Shown: positions 28,110 to 35,545 of the stretch, in pieces
Position numbering within the stretch: position 1 is the first letter of the stretch
How the letters are laid out: each line of letters starts with the position of its first letter
IMG/VR virus record: IMGVR_UViG_3300032295_002537
Coordinates: 1-35,546 of that record
Reading direction: 5' to 3' (one strand)
Source of the DNA: a virus
Lineage: Duplodnaviria > Caudoviricetes
DNA length: 35,546 bases
Position numbers and translations under genes: made by a program
Notes under the pieces: model-generated
Told to the model about the DNA's origin: nothing
Seen by the model: only the letters and a program-made list of their open reading frames with translations
Database searches by the model: none

Positions 28110-29981
28110 TTATCTTGTATACTTTCCGTTTAAATAGCTGGATGTGGTTACATATTGAGTTGCAGAAGAATTTTCACCAGAACTAACAACATCTTCTACA
28201 ATATTTACCACAGAAGTTTTGACATCTAATTGTAAATATAGATCTTGAAGTCCAATGATGTCATTGGACTCTGGAATTGCTTGAACTTCAACAACTCCAT
28301 TACTTAAACTGGACCCAATTATATTAACAACGTCCAGTCTAATTTCACCCCTAATGTAATCAATAGTTCCAGCATTATTTTTAATAATTACCGGCAAATT
28401 ATTTTCCAATTTGAAGAAAAATATAGTTCCAAAATTTTTATTAGTAGAAGGCCTATCAGACATATAAAGAACATCTGATATGCCATTAACAAAAAATCCA
28501 GTAGATTTCACAGAATACCCAGAATCTCTGACATATATTCTATTTCCAAAACAAAGTTCATAAGTTGCAAAAGAATTTATTTCTGGATTCAAGTCTCTTC
28601 TCATTTTAACTTTTGTTATATTAGAAGTAACTGATTTATCGCAGTCATCAATTAATCCCACAACTTTACTGTATTTAAATCTACCACCAAAACTATTAAC
28701 ATCCTTGGAATTAGAATATTCTGTCAATGTATCTATTACTTTTGTTTTTACTTTTTCCGGATTACTCGATAAATTTGCATTATAATAAACTGAGGTATCC
28801 AATTCAACATAAAGATATGACAAATCTACAATCTCTGGTCTAATACCAGCTATCGAATATTTTCTAATAGTATTTAATATTGTTTGTTTTGTAATTTCAG
28901 ATAAAAAAGTTCCATTCCTTGGTTTTATAGATATGAAAACTTTTCCATATTCCGGAGGTTCCAATTCATCTCCACCATAAGCATTTACGGATTCCACATT
29001 GGGGTAAATATATGGAATAAGAGCTTTATAGTCATTTGATGTTACAGCACGATATTGAGAGGCATATACTTTCGGAGCAAAATATTTAATCGAATCTACA
29101 GATTCAATTTCATCTCCACTTTCGGATTTTGATTGAGTTATTAATAAAGAAATCCCCGTTGTAACATCAAATAAATTATTGTCTTTTAATCTTCCAGAAA
29201 AAGTAAAGTTTGTAGCACCATTACCAGAAGATCCGTTTGTAACAATATAACTTACTTCTATTTTACTTCCATTCGGCGGTCTTTTGCCTATAATATTATC
29301 TCCAAATATAATTTCATATTTTGCATCATCAACTTCTTGAATTAAAAATATTCTTGAATCTTTACCAATATTTAATAAATTATCATACGCAGAATAAACC
29401 TCAGTGACTTGATTAGTAACTTTAACTCTAATTGAAGTTGTGTCAATATTGGCATTAGGTAAAATAAATTTTTGATTCGTTTGCGATTGATCTACAATGA
29501 AAGTGCTAGTTAAAAATACTCCTTCATAAATTGGCAAATTATCAAAAATAGCTATCCCATCCGTATTAACTGGAGTAGTAATATCTTCAGGAATCGAAAA
29601 AATATAATTTCCGTTAGTTACTGCACCAAGAGCTACTTGTCCTGCTAATAACTTTACAGTTCTAGCGTCAGTTTGACTCATATCAACAGTAAAACTGACA
29701 TTAGCTCTTGAAGATCTTTTTGATCTGGGCAAATATCCAATATTTCTAGAAAGAGAAACTACATTCTCTCTGAGAGTTGCACTCTCTAAAAATACTTCAT
29801 TAACTGCCATATTTGTATTGTAGGCAGTTATGTAACTATTATAAGCGAGTAAATCTATTAAAACTGAAAAGTTAGATCCCTCAAAATCAAAATCTGTAAA
29901 GTTTTGATTTGCACGCAAATAATCTTTGATCTGTGTTCTTAGATCACCGAAGTCTAAATTTGTAAATTGATTAAATGACAT
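28110..29981 (-). CDS. gp6: Baseplate wedge subunit gp6
   Basis: LDF..L...IK.YL....FTDFDFEGS, LAYN.Y, FLESATLRENVVS...IGY.PRS, QYRAVT..DY and PPEYGKVFISIKP motifs. Confidence 0.95.
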   Translation of the reverse strand: MSFNQFTNLDFGDLRTQIKDYLRANQNFTDFDFEGSNFSVLIDLLAYNSYITAYNTNMAVNEVFLESATLRENVVSLSRNIGYLPRSKRSSRANVSFTVDMSQTDARTVKLLAGQVALGAVTNGNYIFSIPEDITTPVNTDGIAIFDNLPIYEGVFLTSTFIVDQSQTNQKFILPNANIDTTSIRVKVTNQVTEVYSAYDNLLNIGKDSRIFLIQEVDDAKYEIIFGDNIIGKRPPNGSKIEVSYIVTNGSSGNGATNFTFSGRLKDNNLFDVTTGISLLITQSKSESGDEIESVDSIKYFAPKVYASQYRAVTSNDYKALIPYIYPNVESVNAYGGDELEPPEYGKVFISIKPRNGTFLSEITKQTILNTIRKYSIAGIRPEIVDLSYLYVELDTSVYYNANLSSNPEKVKTKVIDTLTEYSNSKDVNSFGGRFKYSKVVGLIDDCDKSVTSNITKVKMRRDLNPEINSFATYELCFGNRIYVRDSGYSVKSTGFFVNGISDVLYMSDRPSTNKNFGTIFFFKLENNLPVIIKNNAGTIDYIRGEIRLDVVNIIGSSLSNGVVEVQAIPESNDIIGLQDLYLQLDVKTSVVNIVEDVVSSGENSSATQYVTTSSYLNGKYTR

Positions 29982-30379
29982 TAGACTCTAGTAGGTTGTA
30001 GTATAAAATCTACCGTTTGAGTTGGAACTGGAAGACCAATTACATCATATGCAATTCTCACATTAATTTCATTAGATTCTTCGGGATATGTTATTAAAAC
30101 AGATGATAAAGAAATTCTTCTTTCAAAATTTTTCAAAAGAGTTTTAATATCTAATTCAAGAGAATATGCAACTTCTGGAGTTTGCAATTCAAACATGGAA
30201 TCTTCAATTTCAGACCCTATTAAAGAATTAAAAAATCTCTCACCAATTCTGGTTCTAACCAAATTTACAACAGATTTTTTAATTGCATCGGCATCATTAA
30301 TTGAAAGAATATCATTAGTTACAGGATTTCTCACAAAAGAGAGACTTATGTCTTTAAATTTGCGAGAAATCCTAGTCAT
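29981..30379 (-). CDS. gp25: Baseplate wedge subunit gp25
   Basis: KDISLSF..NP.T.D, AIK.SV.NLV.T..GER.F...GS and FE.RI motifs; TAATG-coupled to gp6. Confidence 0.93.
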   Translation of the reverse strand: MTRISRKFKDISLSFVRNPVTNDILSINDADAIKKSVVNLVRTRIGERFFNSLIGSEIEDSMFELQTPEVAYSLELDIKTLLKNFERRISLSSVLITYPEESNEINVRIAYDVIGLPVPTQTVDFILQPTRV

Positions 30380-30394
30380 TACTCAAACTAAGGG

Positions 30395-30402
30395 TATTTA
30401 TT
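30395..30402 (-). promoter_or_regulatory. T4-type late promoter (AATAAATA) for the gp25-gp6-gp7 block
   Basis: NATAAATA about 15 nt before ATG 30379. Confidence 0.7.
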
Positions 30403-30419
30403 ATATGTATAAGACATTT

Positions 30420-30659
30420 TTACCATTTTTTACCATAAACTGGTTCAGTGCCATATTCCCAATCATCATAGTCTTGATCATTGCGAATTTTTTCATGCAA
30501 TTCTGTTTGTTTTTTCAAGTCATGTTTGGGCGCTAAATCATGAACAATTTCTTGAATAACTCTTTTTTCTTCAATTTTTACGTAATCAGTGATTAAAGAT
30601 GTGGTTCCCCACATCTCTCTCATATAATTTTGATCCCTATCTACTGGTAAATTTGACAT
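30420..30659 (-). CDS. Hypothetical phage protein, 79 aa
   Basis: ORF track; AGGAG RBS 5 nt upstream of the ATG. Confidence 0.85.
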   Translation of the reverse strand: MSNLPVDRDQNYMREMWGTTSLITDYVKIEEKRVIQEIVHDLAPKHDLKKQTELHEKIRNDQDYDDWEYGTEPVYGKKW

Positions 30660-30662
30660 TTT

Positions 30663-30709
30663 AGCTCCTGATTTAAAAAATCAGAACTTTTTACGGGGTT
30701 GCTATCCCG
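30663..30709 (-). promoter_or_regulatory. Candidate cis-regulatory RNA (pseudoknot vs SD-sequestering hairpin)
   Basis: CGGG-AUAGCAAC-CCCG-UAAAAA-GUUCUG overlaps the hairpin UUCUGAUUU/AAAUCAGGA, which covers the RBS of 30420..30659. Confidence 0.45.
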
Positions 30710-30714
30710 AAATG

Positions 30715-30885
30715 TCAGTTTTGTCCCTTAAGATCGTTAACCTGATCGTCCATGGACATTTTTCTAAGATGAGGCATATAATTTAACGCAACATTATACA
30801 ATTCTTTTTCTACATCGTAAAGATATTTTTCGGAAACACCATCACTGCCTTTTTTATGAGTATCGGGTCTGTTATTAAAGTCCAT
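30715..30885 (-). CDS. Hypothetical micro-protein, 56 aa (MDFNNRPDTHKKG...LKGQN)
   Basis: Manual translation; ATG directly follows the upstream TAA, with a GAGGAG RBS inside the end of the upstream gene. Confidence 0.7.
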   Translation of the reverse strand: MDFNNRPDTHKKGSDGVSEKYLYDVEKELYNVALNYMPHLRKMSMDDQVNDLKGQN

Positions 30886-31353
30886 TTAATCCTCCTCTAC
30901 AGTTTTTTCCAGAAGTTCGTAATCATCTCCAAGAATTTCTTTAAGATAATCTTCTGTCCAATAAGTGTAATATTCAGTTTGAAGTAGTTTTTTACGAATT
31001 TTACTTAATTTTTGTTTTGATTGACATAAAATTAAGTTATATTTCTCGTTATTTGTCTTTACACCTCCTATAAATGTATCTCTAGAGGATAAATCTGAGA
31101 AAAATTTATAGTAAGGAAACTTTTCATTATATAATTGCACCCACTTTTCAACATGATCTGGTCTCCAAAAGTCTTCAATAATAAAAATGATGACATCATG
31201 ACCAGGTTCAGGCACGATATCATCAATAGGAGTCTCTACAATTAAAGTTTTTGAAGAAGAAGCATATGGACAGACGGCAAATCCGCCCAATTCAGGTCTA
31301 TTTTTAGATACTTCTTGTATCCATTTGTGAATATATGCTTCTTTTTCAGACAT
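30886..31353 (-). CDS. Hypothetical protein with CPYA motif, 155 aa
   Basis: ORF track; W........ELGG..VCPYA N-terminus, loosely DUF1415-like. Confidence 0.8.
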   Translation of the reverse strand: MSEKEAYIHKWIQEVSKNRPELGGFAVCPYASSSKTLIVETPIDDIVPEPGHDVIIFIIEDFWRPDHVEKWVQLYNEKFPYYKFFSDLSSRDTFIGGVKTNNEKYNLILCQSKQKLSKIRKKLLQTEYYTYWTEDYLKEILGDDYELLEKTVEED

Positions 31354-31354
31354 A

Positions 31355-31510
31355 TCAACCTGCAGCTAAAGGAGATGCTGGATTTGGTTTTGATGGTGCA
31401 ACCGTTCTAGCATTTGAAGCTACGTCATAATCAAATACTTTTGCAGTTTCTGGTGTTACTTCCGGAGAATCTGCTGCCGTTGGACCTGCTTTTGGAGTTG
31501 TTTCTGACAT
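31355..31510 (-). CDS. Hypothetical Pro/Ala/Thr-rich micro-protein, 51 aa (MSETTPKAGPT...SPLAAG)
   Basis: Manual translation; fills the gap, stops 1 nt before the next ATG, and is preceded by a late promoter motif. Confidence 0.7.
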   Translation of the reverse strand: MSETTPKAGPTAADSPEVTPETAKVFDYDVASNARTVAPSKPNPASPLAAG

Positions 31511-31536
31511 TTTTTACAAACTTAATAGTTTAAAAT

Positions 31537-31544
31537 TATTTAGA
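31537..31544 (-). promoter_or_regulatory. Late promoter variant (TCTAAATA)
   Basis: Intergenic, 26 nt before ATG 31510; the same octamer occurs at 32618 and 35182. Confidence 0.6.
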
Positions 31545-31558
31545 CTTTTTCTAAAGAA

Positions 31559-31708
31559 TTATTTACCCTGACCTCTATATGGTTTCCGAGAGTTATTACG
31601 ACTCGTTGAAGCATATTTAGTGCCCTTTCCCATTCCTTGACGACTCTTTTTAGGAGATCCAGGAATATAACCACTCTTATCTACTCCACCTTTTGCTTTT
31701 ACTGCCAT
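31559..31708 (-). CDS. Small highly basic protein, 49 aa (…PKKSRQGMGKGTKYASTSRNNSRKPYRGQGK)
   Basis: Manual translation; GAGGT RBS; the YRGQG C-terminus is recalled from small genes upstream of gp25 in T4-like phages. Confidence 0.85.
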   Translation of the reverse strand: MAVKAKGGVDKSGYIPGSPKKSRQGMGKGTKYASTSRNNSRKPYRGQGK

Positions 31709-31800
31709 TTTTTTAATACCTCACATATGGTTTTATTTGCGCGCCGAAATTGCTTTTCAAACGCGCCGAACATCAGTTTCTAGGGGTTCTAAGACCCGTA

Positions 31801-32553
31801 TCAAATAATACGAGTCTTCTCATGTCCTACACGAATTTTGGGGTCACACCAGATCTCATAACCCGCTGCCTTTGCATCAAGACAGAACGATACGTCTTCT
31901 CCACACATATCTTGAACTTCTCCAGAATCAAAGACTTGCATCTTAGGAGCAAACCAAGGATACTCAAGATTCTCAAAAACTCCATGTTTAATCAGAACCC
32001 AACCAAAACCAGTATAATCTACGGTAAAAGGCTTACGACGCTTTTGCATTGTCTCGCCAGTCTCATGGTTCATGACACCGCCGTTATTCTTAAAGTCATC
32101 TTCTTCGAGCCAGTGAGCAACAGAAGTCGTATGACCATCTTCAGTCATATACCAACCAGCAGCAATATCACGATCCATTGCGACAAGTTGATAGAATTGT
32201 TCAGTATTGAAAACAATATCACTATCAATCCAAAGCTGGTAATCATACTTCAGTTTACCATCCCAAGGAATTTGTTTTGGACCACGAAGAACGTTTGCAC
32301 CAAGACACTTACAACGTGCAAAGTTCACCATGGAACTATAATCTTGAGAAATTTGAATTGCTGCACCATTCTGAACAAGATCAAAGCAAAGTTGTACAAA
32401 ATTTTTGAGATATGTGTATGAGACACCTCGACCAGGTAGGCAGAAGACGATTGACTTACCTCTTACCATTTCTTTTGCAGCCTGAAGATCAAAAGAATCT
32501 TCATTCTTTTTTGGAGTCGGAGCTGTAGCTTTAATTGTAAATCCTTTAGACAT
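31801..32553 (-). CDS. Glycosyltransferase-like protein (GT-A fold, DxD), 250 aa
   Basis: YDYQLWIDSDIVF (DxD), TGFGWVLIK..VFE, GEDV.FC and DP.IRVGH motifs. Confidence 0.8.
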   Translation of the reverse strand: MSKGFTIKATAPTPKKNEDSFDLQAAKEMVRGKSIVFCLPGRGVSYTYLKNFVQLCFDLVQNGAAIQISQDYSSMVNFARCKCLGANVLRGPKQIPWDGKLKYDYQLWIDSDIVFNTEQFYQLVAMDRDIAAGWYMTEDGHTTSVAHWLEEDDFKNNGGVMNHETGETMQKRRKPFTVDYTGFGWVLIKHGVFENLEYPWFAPKMQVFDSGEVQDMCGEDVSFCLDAKAAGYEIWCDPKIRVGHEKTRII

Positions 32554-32576
32554 AAAATTAGAATTGCGACGTTATC

Positions 32577-32605
32577 ATTCTACCACTACAAATCAAATCA
32601 TGCAA
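32577..32605 (-). promoter_or_regulatory. Sigma70-type (early) promoter
   Basis: TTGCAT-17 nt-TAGAAT with an extended -10 TG, 23 nt before ATG 32553. Confidence 0.65.
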
Positions 32606-32617
32606 TGGTTTCTGTGT

Positions 32618-32625
32618 TATTTAGA
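32618..32625 (-). promoter_or_regulatory. Late promoter variant (TCTAAATA)
   Basis: Intergenic, just upstream of the sigma70-type promoter. Confidence 0.5.
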
Positions 32626-32632
32626 AGAAAAT

Positions 32633-32782
32633 TTAGATGCATTCTTCTTCAACTTTAGCCAATAAATCTTCAATTTCATTCTTGAGAGATTCATTAATCA
32701 CTAAAATTTTATCAGTATCCAATCGATATTGAAGACAATCAATTAATAGATCTTTTTCTTGGTAATCCAATTTGAGTTCCAT
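32633..32782 (-). CDS. Hypothetical acidic helical micro-protein, 49 aa (MELKLDYQEKDLLIDCLQYR...)
   Basis: Manual translation; fills the gap on the coding strand; amphipathic helical pattern. Confidence 0.65.
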   Translation of the reverse strand: MELKLDYQEKDLLIDCLQYRLDTDKILVINESLKNEIEDLLAKVEEECI

Positions 32783-32824
32783 GTATTCTTTGTGTTCATC
32801 TCAAACATTATATATCAATTTTAA

Positions 32825-33424
32825 TTATTCTCCAACATATCTTGCAATAGATCCAAGATATCTACCAGACTTAGTAATATCCTTTGTCACATTACTGTAA
32901 GCACCTACAGTGACATGATCAGTGATTTTTATATTATTCAATACTGAAGACTTAAATTTAAATGTACAGTTTTCACCAACTGTTGTTTTTCCTGCAATTG
33001 CAACTCCAGAATGCATAACACAGGATCTACCAAGATCAACATGATGTGCAACTAGACAATAACTTTCTATCCAACAGTGATTTCCAATACGAGTCGAATA
33101 CAATGCTGAACTAAATGCACCGATAAGAACTCCTTTGCCTAATGTACATGTATCACAAACTAAACAACTATCATGCACATAAGTAATACAATCCAAATCT
33201 AAATTATCAATCTCATCGCACACTATTTTTCTTAACTCTACATCAAGACAAAACGCAACAAGATATTGATAATCAGATTTATTCGATAACTTCAAAAAAT
33301 TTTCTGGAGTGATGACTTCGATTGTATTCTGACTTTCTTTTGCTACGAAAGTCAGTGCAGTTTCAATTGCAGAGGATTCAGTATAACCAATAAATTTAAT
33401 TGGTTTATTATTTTCAATAATCAT
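32825..33424 (-). CDS. NeuD/PglD-like sugar acetyltransferase (left-handed beta-helix), 199 aa
   Basis: Hexapeptide repeats (LGKGVL, IGNHCW, LGRSCV, VGENCT), His at VAHHV, and a VGA.S.VTKDI...G.Y.G..AR C-terminus. Confidence 0.85.
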   Translation of the reverse strand: MIIENNKPIKFIGYTESSAIETALTFVAKESQNTIEVITPENFLKLSNKSDYQYLVAFCLDVELRKIVCDEIDNLDLDCITYVHDSCLVCDTCTLGKGVLIGAFSSALYSTRIGNHCWIESYCLVAHHVDLGRSCVMHSGVAIAGKTTVGENCTFKFKSSVLNNIKITDHVTVGAYSNVTKDITKSGRYLGSIARYVGE

Positions 33425-33437
33425 AACTTTTTACTCA

Positions 33438-34559
33438 TTAAACTCTTGTTGAAGAAATTTCAAAATGTGTCAAAGCATTTTGTATTTTTTGATGATTAAA
33501 ACTTTGAAGATGATTTTTATCGTGAATGAAAGCATCCATTCTATTACAATTATCTTCAAATCTTTTCTGATTGTCAAGCCATAACTCTTGAATGTTTGTA
33601 GAACCATTCAATAGATGTTCATTTCGATCAATTGCTGCAGCTAATCGTTCAAAATGATCTTCGATATCATCATAACTATGATCAATGATATCATCAAAGA
33701 TATCAATGTCAAGTAGTTTGTTAATTCCTTTTGCAACTCCAGGTCCATTAATGTAGATTGGAAAGTTCTTTGCATAGACTGATTGAAGTTCTTTCTCACT
33801 CAGAACCGGAGTTTTTTCAAAGAACATACTACCAGTAATAATTTCAACACCAATGGTTTCATAAACTGGAAGTAAATTTACATTATAATTATTTGCTACT
33901 CGATCATCCTTTCTATCAAAATTACGTATCTTTAAAAGATTAAAGTCTCTTGATTTAAATCTTTCATATCCCTTTGAAAACTCAGTACGTAACGTTTCCG
34001 GAATTTTTGTAATGTTTTTGTATTTGTGATATGACACAAGTGGTGGAATATCAACACTAAAAGTAATGTTACCATTCTCATGATAATCTTTCGATAACAA
34101 ATAAGATACTGTCATTACTTTATGTAATTTTGTATCAGAATTTAGAGATAACCATTTATTACTAATTTCTTTCTTTTCACAGTGATTTAATTTTTCAGTA
34201 AATCCTGTAGGTATAATTGTATCCAAATATAAATTTGAAAGTTTCAATTCATTTTGAAGATTCAGATGTAAATTAAAAATAATAAAATTTTGTTCTGGAT
34301 GATCTTCACAGAATTTTTTTATCTCATCAATTGCAACATTATCGTCTTTATCAATCATCAAATCCATAATGTTTAAAATTACAACCTTACTTTGAAAATT
34401 TATTTCATACAAATTATCAAATGATGTACCAGTTCCATATGGACAGAAAAGTAATTGATAACATTCAATATCTTCGCTGAGATTATAAGTATCTAAAAAA
34501 GTTTCAAAGGTATCGTTAAATGGTGTACCTGGAAACGAAGATAATGTTTTGACTTCCAT
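33438..34559 (-). CDS. Hypothetical protein with GT10/GT-B-like C-terminal domain, 373 aa
   Basis: The C-terminal LSEK......FPIYI.G......DIFDDIIDHSYD pattern resembles the TEK-containing nucleotide-sugar-binding half of fucosyltransferase-like proteins; tentative. Confidence 0.5.
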   Translation of the reverse strand: MEVKTLSSFPGTPFNDTFETFLDTYNLSEDIECYQLLFCPYGTGTSFDNLYEINFQSKVVILNIMDLMIDKDDNVAIDEIKKFCEDHPEQNFIIFNLHLNLQNELKLSNLYLDTIIPTGFTEKLNHCEKKEISNKWLSLNSDTKLHKVMTVSYLLSKDYHENGNITFSVDIPPLVSYHKYKNITKIPETLRTEFSKGYERFKSRDFNLLKIRNFDRKDDRVANNYNVNLLPVYETIGVEIITGSMFFEKTPVLSEKELQSVYAKNFPIYINGPGVAKGINKLLDIDIFDDIIDHSYDDIEDHFERLAAAIDRNEHLLNGSTNIQELWLDNQKRFEDNCNRMDAFIHDKNHLQSFNHQKIQNALTHFEISSTRV

Positions 34560-34564
34560 CTTAG

Positions 34565-35125
34565 TTAAAAATATTTTCGATAAACTTGTTCTTCATTTGA
34601 TAATCTCATAGAGAGTAAAATTCTTGGTAACTTATCACTCAAAATCTTAACACTATGCAATTCCTTAACATTCATTAATGTAGGAACGTCTAAGACATAT
34701 TTATCCACCTCATGACAATCTTGAATATCATAATAACTTCCAGTGCCCCATGGATGATGATGAATCTTTCCTTGAATGTTTTTGTGATTTCTTTGATAAA
34801 TGACTGTCTCTGCACTTGAACCATTTAAGATTGGCCAATTCAACCGAATTCTTTTTTGAACCAAAGGGTTACTTGCATCCGTATGTATAGGAACCTCTGT
34901 ATTTTTATCTACAAAAAGATACGATGCAAATATAACCTCTGACTCTAATTCTTTTTCAATACATTCAAATAACTCTGGAATATCTTTTTTAAATCTCTGA
35001 AGGTTCTCGTCTGAAATTAAATTGTAAAATAATTTTTCGTTCTCATTTGCAAAATTAATTATGTAAGGAACTATGATATCTTGTATGGATTCAAAGTTGT
35101 TAATATCAAGTTTCTTATAAAACAT
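34565..35125 (-). CDS. 2OG-Fe(II) oxygenase-like / cupin protein, 186 aa
   Basis: HxD (PIHTD), distal His (ELHSV) and R-x-x-x-S (PRILLS) in the expected order. Confidence 0.7.
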   Translation of the reverse strand: MFYKKLDINNFESIQDIIVPYIINFANENEKLFYNLISDENLQRFKKDIPELFECIEKELESEVIFASYLFVDKNTEVPIHTDASNPLVQKRIRLNWPILNGSSAETVIYQRNHKNIQGKIHHHPWGTGSYYDIQDCHEVDKYVLDVPTLMNVKELHSVKILSDKLPRILLSMRLSNEEQVYRKYF

Positions 35126-35181
35126 GAGCGGGGGGGTATGGAGAGTTTATGGCCGGCAAAAAATTTTTTGAGTGCGATGAA

Positions 35182-35189
35182 TATTTAGA
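35182..35189 (-). promoter_or_regulatory. Late promoter variant (TCTAAATA)
   Basis: About 56 nt upstream of ATG 35125, at the head of the AT-rich block. Confidence 0.55.
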
Positions 35190-35339
35190 GCGCTTTTTGG
35201 GGTCGTTATAGATTAGGGTAGTTAGCGTTTTTTCAAACGGGGGCCACCGCGCCCCGCGCTAACACAAACGGGCGCACAAACAACTGCTCAAACTGCCCAT
35301 AAGTATCACGAGAATGCTGCTCCCAGATCTTCGTATTCG

Positions 35340-35376
35340 TGTCCCCTCCGATGACTCATAAGCCTCAGAGGGGACA
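35340..35376 (-). other. Long GC-rich RNA hairpin 3' of the terminal gene
   Basis: TGTCCCCTCTGA-GGCTT-AT-GAGTC-A-TCGGAGGGGACA; the mismatches are G-U wobbles only on the minus strand; no U-tract. Confidence 0.6.
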
Positions 35377-35389
35377 TAAGCTCTCAGAC

Positions 35390-35545
35390 TCAGCCAGAAG
35401 TCTTGAAGTATGCTGCACCGTTGCCCTCAGTGACAGCATTCTGTGCATGTGTGGCGTGCCCATTGTATGCCTGACCGCGACGGTTAGTGTTAGTCCGAGG
35501 GCCATTCGTGCGGCTCATGATCAGTTCAGACTTCCGAGCCTTACG
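35390..35545 (-). CDS. 3' end of a small hypothetical protein (…RKARKSELIMSRTNGPRTNTNRRGQAYNGH…FKTSG), truncated by the window edge
   Basis: Manual translation; open from the window edge to TGA at 35392-35390; GC-richer codon usage than the structural genes. Confidence 0.6.
   Translation of the reverse strand, partial: RKARKSELIMSRTNGPRTNTNRRGQAYNGHATHAQNAVTEGNGAAYFKTSG

Noticed and set aside
1909-30536. Other short plus-strand and nested ORFs in the track (e.g. 1909..2175, 7813..8082, 17490..17840, 30195..30536)
   Set aside because: They overlap well-supported minus-strand genes and have compositions typical of antisense or alternative-frame artefacts.
30690-31803. UGA readthrough or selenocysteine recoding at stops followed by stem-loops (30715, 31801)
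   Set aside because: In-frame TAA/TAG follows within a few codons, and the long genes translate cleanly with the standard code.
31750-32421. 223-aa plus-strand ORF
   Set aside because: Antisense shadow of the glycosyltransferase-like gene; TTG start and no recognisable motifs.
35213-35225. Telomere-like TTAGGG
   Set aside because: A single copy, not an array; kept only as part of the boundary element.
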